Assembly: GCA_032718475.1 (NCBI GenBank)
Contig: JAUCBJ010001661.1
Location: forward strand, 1-64,000
Length of the DNA stretch: 64,000 nucleotides
Origin: Nemertoderma westbladi
Lineage: Eukaryota > Animalia > Xenacoelomorpha
Reading direction: 5' to 3'
Positions 59,485 through 64,000 of the stretch are shown in pieces. A model generated the notes under the pieces. The model searched no databases and was not told where the DNA came from. It worked only from the letters and a program-made list of their open reading frames with translations. The first letter of the stretch is position 1, and every line of letters starts with the position of its first letter. Both the position numbers and the translations under genes were made by a program.

Positions 59485-62400
59485 CTAAATACAGGAGCAG
59501 ACGGGTCAAACAAGGCCACTATTATGGCACCTGCATACAGGAACAGAGACGTCAAACAAGGTCACTACAGTATTATGGCACCTACATACAGGAGCAGAGG
59601 GGTCAAACAAGGTCACTACAGTATTATGGCACCTACATACAGGAGCAGAGGGGTCAAACAAGGTCACTGTTATGGCGCCTACATACAGGAACAGAGGGGT
59701 CAAACAAGGTCACTATTATGGCACCTAAATACAGGAGCAGACGGGTCAAACAAGGCCACTATTATGGCACCTGCATACAGGAACAGAGACGTCAAACAAG
59801 GTCACTACAGTATTATGGCACCTACATACAGGAGCAGAGGGGTCAAACAAGGTCACTACAGTATTATGGCACCTACATACAGGAGCAGAGGGGTCAAACA
59901 AGGTCACTGTTATGGCGCCTACATACAGGAACAGAGGGGTCAAACAAGGTCACTATTATGGCACCTAAATACAGGATCAGACGGGTCAAACAAGGCCACT
60001 ATTATGGCACCTGCATACAGGAACAGAGACGTCAAACAAGGTCACTACAGTATTATGGCACTTACATACAGGAGCAGAGGGGTCAAACAAGGTCACTGTT
60101 ATGGCGCCTACATACAGGAACAGAGGGGTCAAACAAGGTCACTATTATGGCACCTACATACAGGAGCAGTGGGGTCAAACAAGGTCACTATTATGGCGCC
60201 TACATACAGGAGCAGAGGGGTCAAACAAGGTCACTATTATGGCACCTAAATACAGGATCAGACGGGTCAAACAAGGCCACTATTATGGCGCCTACATACA
60301 GGAGCAGAGGGGTCAAACAAGGTCACTATTATGGCACCTACACACAGGAGCAGTGGGGTCATACAAGGTCACTATTATGGCGCCTACATACAGGAGCAGA
60401 GGGGTCAAACAAGGTCACTATTATGGCGCCTACATACAGGAGCAGTGGGGTCAAACAAGGTCACTATTATGGAGCCTACATACAGGAGCAGAGGGGTCAA
60501 ACAAGGTCACTACAGTATTATGGCACCTACATACAGGAGCAGAGGGGTCAAACAAGGTCACTACAGTATTATGGCACCTACATACAGGAGCAGAGGGGTC
60601 AAACAAGGTCACTGTTATGGCGCCTACATACAGGAACAGAGGGGTCAAACAAGGTCACTATTATGGCACCTAAATACAGGATCAGACGGGTCAAACAAGG
60701 CCACTATTATGGCACCTGCATACAGGAACAGAGACGTCAAACAAGGTCACTACAGTATTATGGCACCTACATACAGGAGCAGAGGGGTCAAACAAGGTCA
60801 CTGTTATGGCGCCTACATACAGGAACAGAGGGGTCAAACAAGGTCACTATTATGGCACCTACATACAGGAGCAGTGGGGTCAAACAAGGTCACTATTATG
60901 GCGCCTACATACAGGAGCAGAGGGGTCAAACAAGGTCACTATTATGGCACCTACATACAGGAGCAGAGGGGTCAAACAAGGTCACTATTATGGCACCTGC
61001 ATACAGAAGCAGAGACGTCAAACCAGGTCACTACAGTATTATGGCACCTACATACAGGAGCAGAGGGGTCAAACAAGGTCACTGTTATGGCGCCTACATA
61101 CAGGAACAGAGGGGTCAAACAAGGTCACTATTATGGCACCTACATACAGGAGCAGTGGGGTCAAACAAGGTCACTATTATGGCGCCTACATACAGGAGCA
61201 GAGGGGTCAAACAAGGCCACTATTATGGCACCTGCATACAGGAGCAGAGACGTCAAACAAGGTCACTACAGTATTATGGCACCTACATACAGGAGCAGAG
61301 GGGTCAAACAAGGTCACTATTATGGCACCTACATACAGGATCAGACGGGTCAAACAAGGTCACTATTATGGCACCTACAATCCTACATACAGGAGCAGTG
61401 GGGTCAAACAAGGTCACTATTATGGCACCTACATACAGGAGCAGTGGGGTCAAACAAGGTCACTATTATGGCGCCTACATACAGGATCAGACGGGTCAAA
61501 CAAGGCCACTATTATGGCACCTGCATACAGGAGCAGAGACGTCAAACAAGGTCACTACAGTATTATGGCACCTACATACAGGAGCAGAGGGGTCAAACAA
61601 GGTCACTATTATGGCACCTACATACAGGATCAGACGGGTCAAACAAGGCCACTATTATGGCACCTGCATACAGGAGCAGAGACGTCAAACAAGGTCACTA
61701 CAGTATTATGGCACCTACATACAGGAGCAGAGGGGTCAAACAAGGTCACTGTTATGGCGCCTACATACAGGAACAGAGGGGTCAAACAAGGTCACTATTA
61801 TGGCACCTACATACAGGAGCAGTGGGGTCAAACAAGGTCACTATTATGGCGCCTACATACAGGAGCAGAGGGCTCAAACAAGGTCACTATTATGGCACCT
61901 ACATACAGGAGCAGTGGGGTCAAACAAGGTCACTATTATGGCACCTACATACAGGAGCAGAGGGGTCAAACAAGGTTACTATTATGGCACCTACACACAG
62001 GAGCAGTGGGGTCATACAAGGTCACTATTATGGCGCCTACATACAGGAGCAGTGGGGTCAAACAAGGTCACTATTATGGAGCCTACATACAGGAGCAGAG
62101 GGGTCAAACAAGGTCACTATTATGGAGCCTAAATACAGGAGCAAAGGGGTCAAACAAGGTCACTATTATGGCGCCTACATACAGGAGCAGTGGGGTCAAA
62201 CAAGGTCACTATTATGGCGCCTACATACAGGAGCAGAGGGGTCAAACAAGGTCACTATTATGGCACCTACACACAGGAGCAGTGGGGTCATACAAGGTCA
62301 CTATTATGGCACCTACATACAGGAGCAGAGGGGTCAAACAAGGTCACTATTATGGCGCCTACATACAGGAGCAGTGGGGTCAAACAAGGTCACTATTATG

Positions 62401-64000
62401 GAGCCTACATACAGGAGCAGAGGGGTCAAACAAGGTCACTATTATGGAGCCTAAATACAGGAGCAAAGGGGTCAAACAAGGTCACTATTATGGCGCCTAC
62501 ATACAGGAGCAGTGGGGTCAAACAAGGTCACTATTATGGAGCCTAAATACAGGAGCAGAGGGGTCAAACAAGGTCACTATTATGGCGCCTACATACAGGA
62601 GCAGTGGGGTCAAACAAGGTCACTATTATGGCGCCTACATACAGGAGCAGAGGGGTCAAACAAGGTCACTATTATGGCGCCTACATACAGGAGCAGTGGG
62701 GTCAAACAAGGTCACCATTATGGCGCCAACATACAGGAGCAGAGGGGTCAAACAAGGTCACCATTATGGCGCCAACATACAGGAGCAGAGGGGTCAAACA
62801 AGGTCACTATTATGGCGCCAACATACAGCAGCAGAGGGGTCAAACAAGGTCACCATTATGGCGCCTACATACAGGAGCAGTGGGGTCAAACAAGGTCACT
62901 ATTATGGCGCCTACATACAGGAGCAGAGGGGTCAAACAAGGTCACCATTATGGCGCCTACATACAGGAGCAGTGGGGTCAAACAAGGTCACTATTATGGC
63001 GCCTACATACAGGAGCAGAGGGGTCAAACAAGGTCACCATTATGGCGCCTACATACAGGAGCAGTGGGGTCAAACAAGGTCACTATTATGGCGCCTACAT
63101 ACAGGAGCAGAGGGGTCAAACAAGGTCACTATTATGGCACCTACATACAGGAGCAGAGGGGTCAAACAAGGTCACTATTATGGCACCTACATACAGGAGC
63201 AGTGGGGTCAAACAAGGTCACTATTATGGCGCCTACATACAGGATCAGACGGGTCAAACAAGGCCACTATTATGGCACCTGCATACAGGAGCAGAGACGT
63301 CAAACAAGGTCACTACAGTATTATGGCACCTACATACAGGAGCAGTGGGGTCAAACAAGGTCACTATTATGGCGCCTACATACAGGATCAGACGGGTCAA
63401 ACAAGGCCACTATTATGGCACCTGCATACAGGAGCAGAGACGTCAAACAAGGTCACTACAGTATTATGGCACCTACATACAGGAGCAGAGGGGTCAAACA
63501 AGGTCACTGTTATGGCGCCTACATACAGGAGCAGAGGGGTCAAACAAGGTCACCATTATGGCGCCTACATACAGGAGCAGAGGGGTCAAACAAGGTCACT
63601 GTTATGGCGCCTACATGCAGGAACAGAGGGGTCAAACAAGGTCACTATTATGGCACCTATATACAGGAGCAGTGGGGTCAAACAAGGTCACTATTATGGC
63701 GCCTACATACAGCAGCAGAGGGGTCAAACAAGGTCACTATTATGGCACCTACACACAGGAGCAGTGGGGTCATACAAGGTCACTATTATGGCACCTACAT
63801 ACAGGAGCAGAGGGGTCAAACAAGGTCACTATTATGGCGCCTACATACAGGAGCAGTGGGGTCAAACAAGGTCACTATTATGGCGCCTACATACAGGAGC
63901 AGAGACGTCAAACAAGGTCACTACAGTATTATGGCACCTACATACAGGAGCAGAGGGGTCAAACAAGGTCACTGTTATGGCGCCTACATACAGGAGCAGA
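59481..64000. repeat. Intronic satellite, 46-bp unit (51-bp variant), ~95 copies, runs off the window end
   Basis: GGCACCTACATACAGGAGCAGAGGGGTCAAACAAGGTCACTATTAT; 240-bp higher-order repeat (3x46 + 2x51) at the left end. Confidence 0.98.

Noticed and set aside
59481-64000. CRISPR-like array or long repeat proteins (936-aa and 707-aa ORFs)
   Set aside because: No unique spacers and no cas genes in a eukaryotic context; the ORFs cycle through all three frames of a stop-poor 46-bp unit and lie antisense in a CERK intron

Overview
AT-rich eukaryotic (most likely invertebrate animal) genomic DNA. Host genes: intronless TIPRL/TIP41 (-), two-exon SUMO1-like (-), intronless DRAM/TMEM150-like (+), the 3' five exons of a ceramide kinase (-), and a two-exon gene missed by the ORF track that encodes a 115-aa secreted, 8-cysteine prepropeptide (+). 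Half of the window is two related, very large (16.0 and 17.4 kb) BEL/Pao LTR retrotransposons on the minus strand. The main finding is that neither element has a tRNA-type primer-binding site. Instead, the 11 nt next to the 5' LTR are perfectly complementary to an 11-nt motif inside the LTR, and the two diverged elements show a compensatory base change in both partners. This suggests Tf1-like self-primed reverse transcription in a BEL/Pao lineage. The elements also carry a variable accessory cassette in the env position (a 591-aa triple-CCHC protein in element 2) and a duplicated structured leader. Other items: a pair of minimal hammerhead ribozymes between Pol III A/B-box-like motifs, several MITEs (one duplicated a splice donor as its TSD), and a 46-bp intronic satellite whose unit contains the CERK splice acceptor. 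All alignments and coordinates were read by eye.
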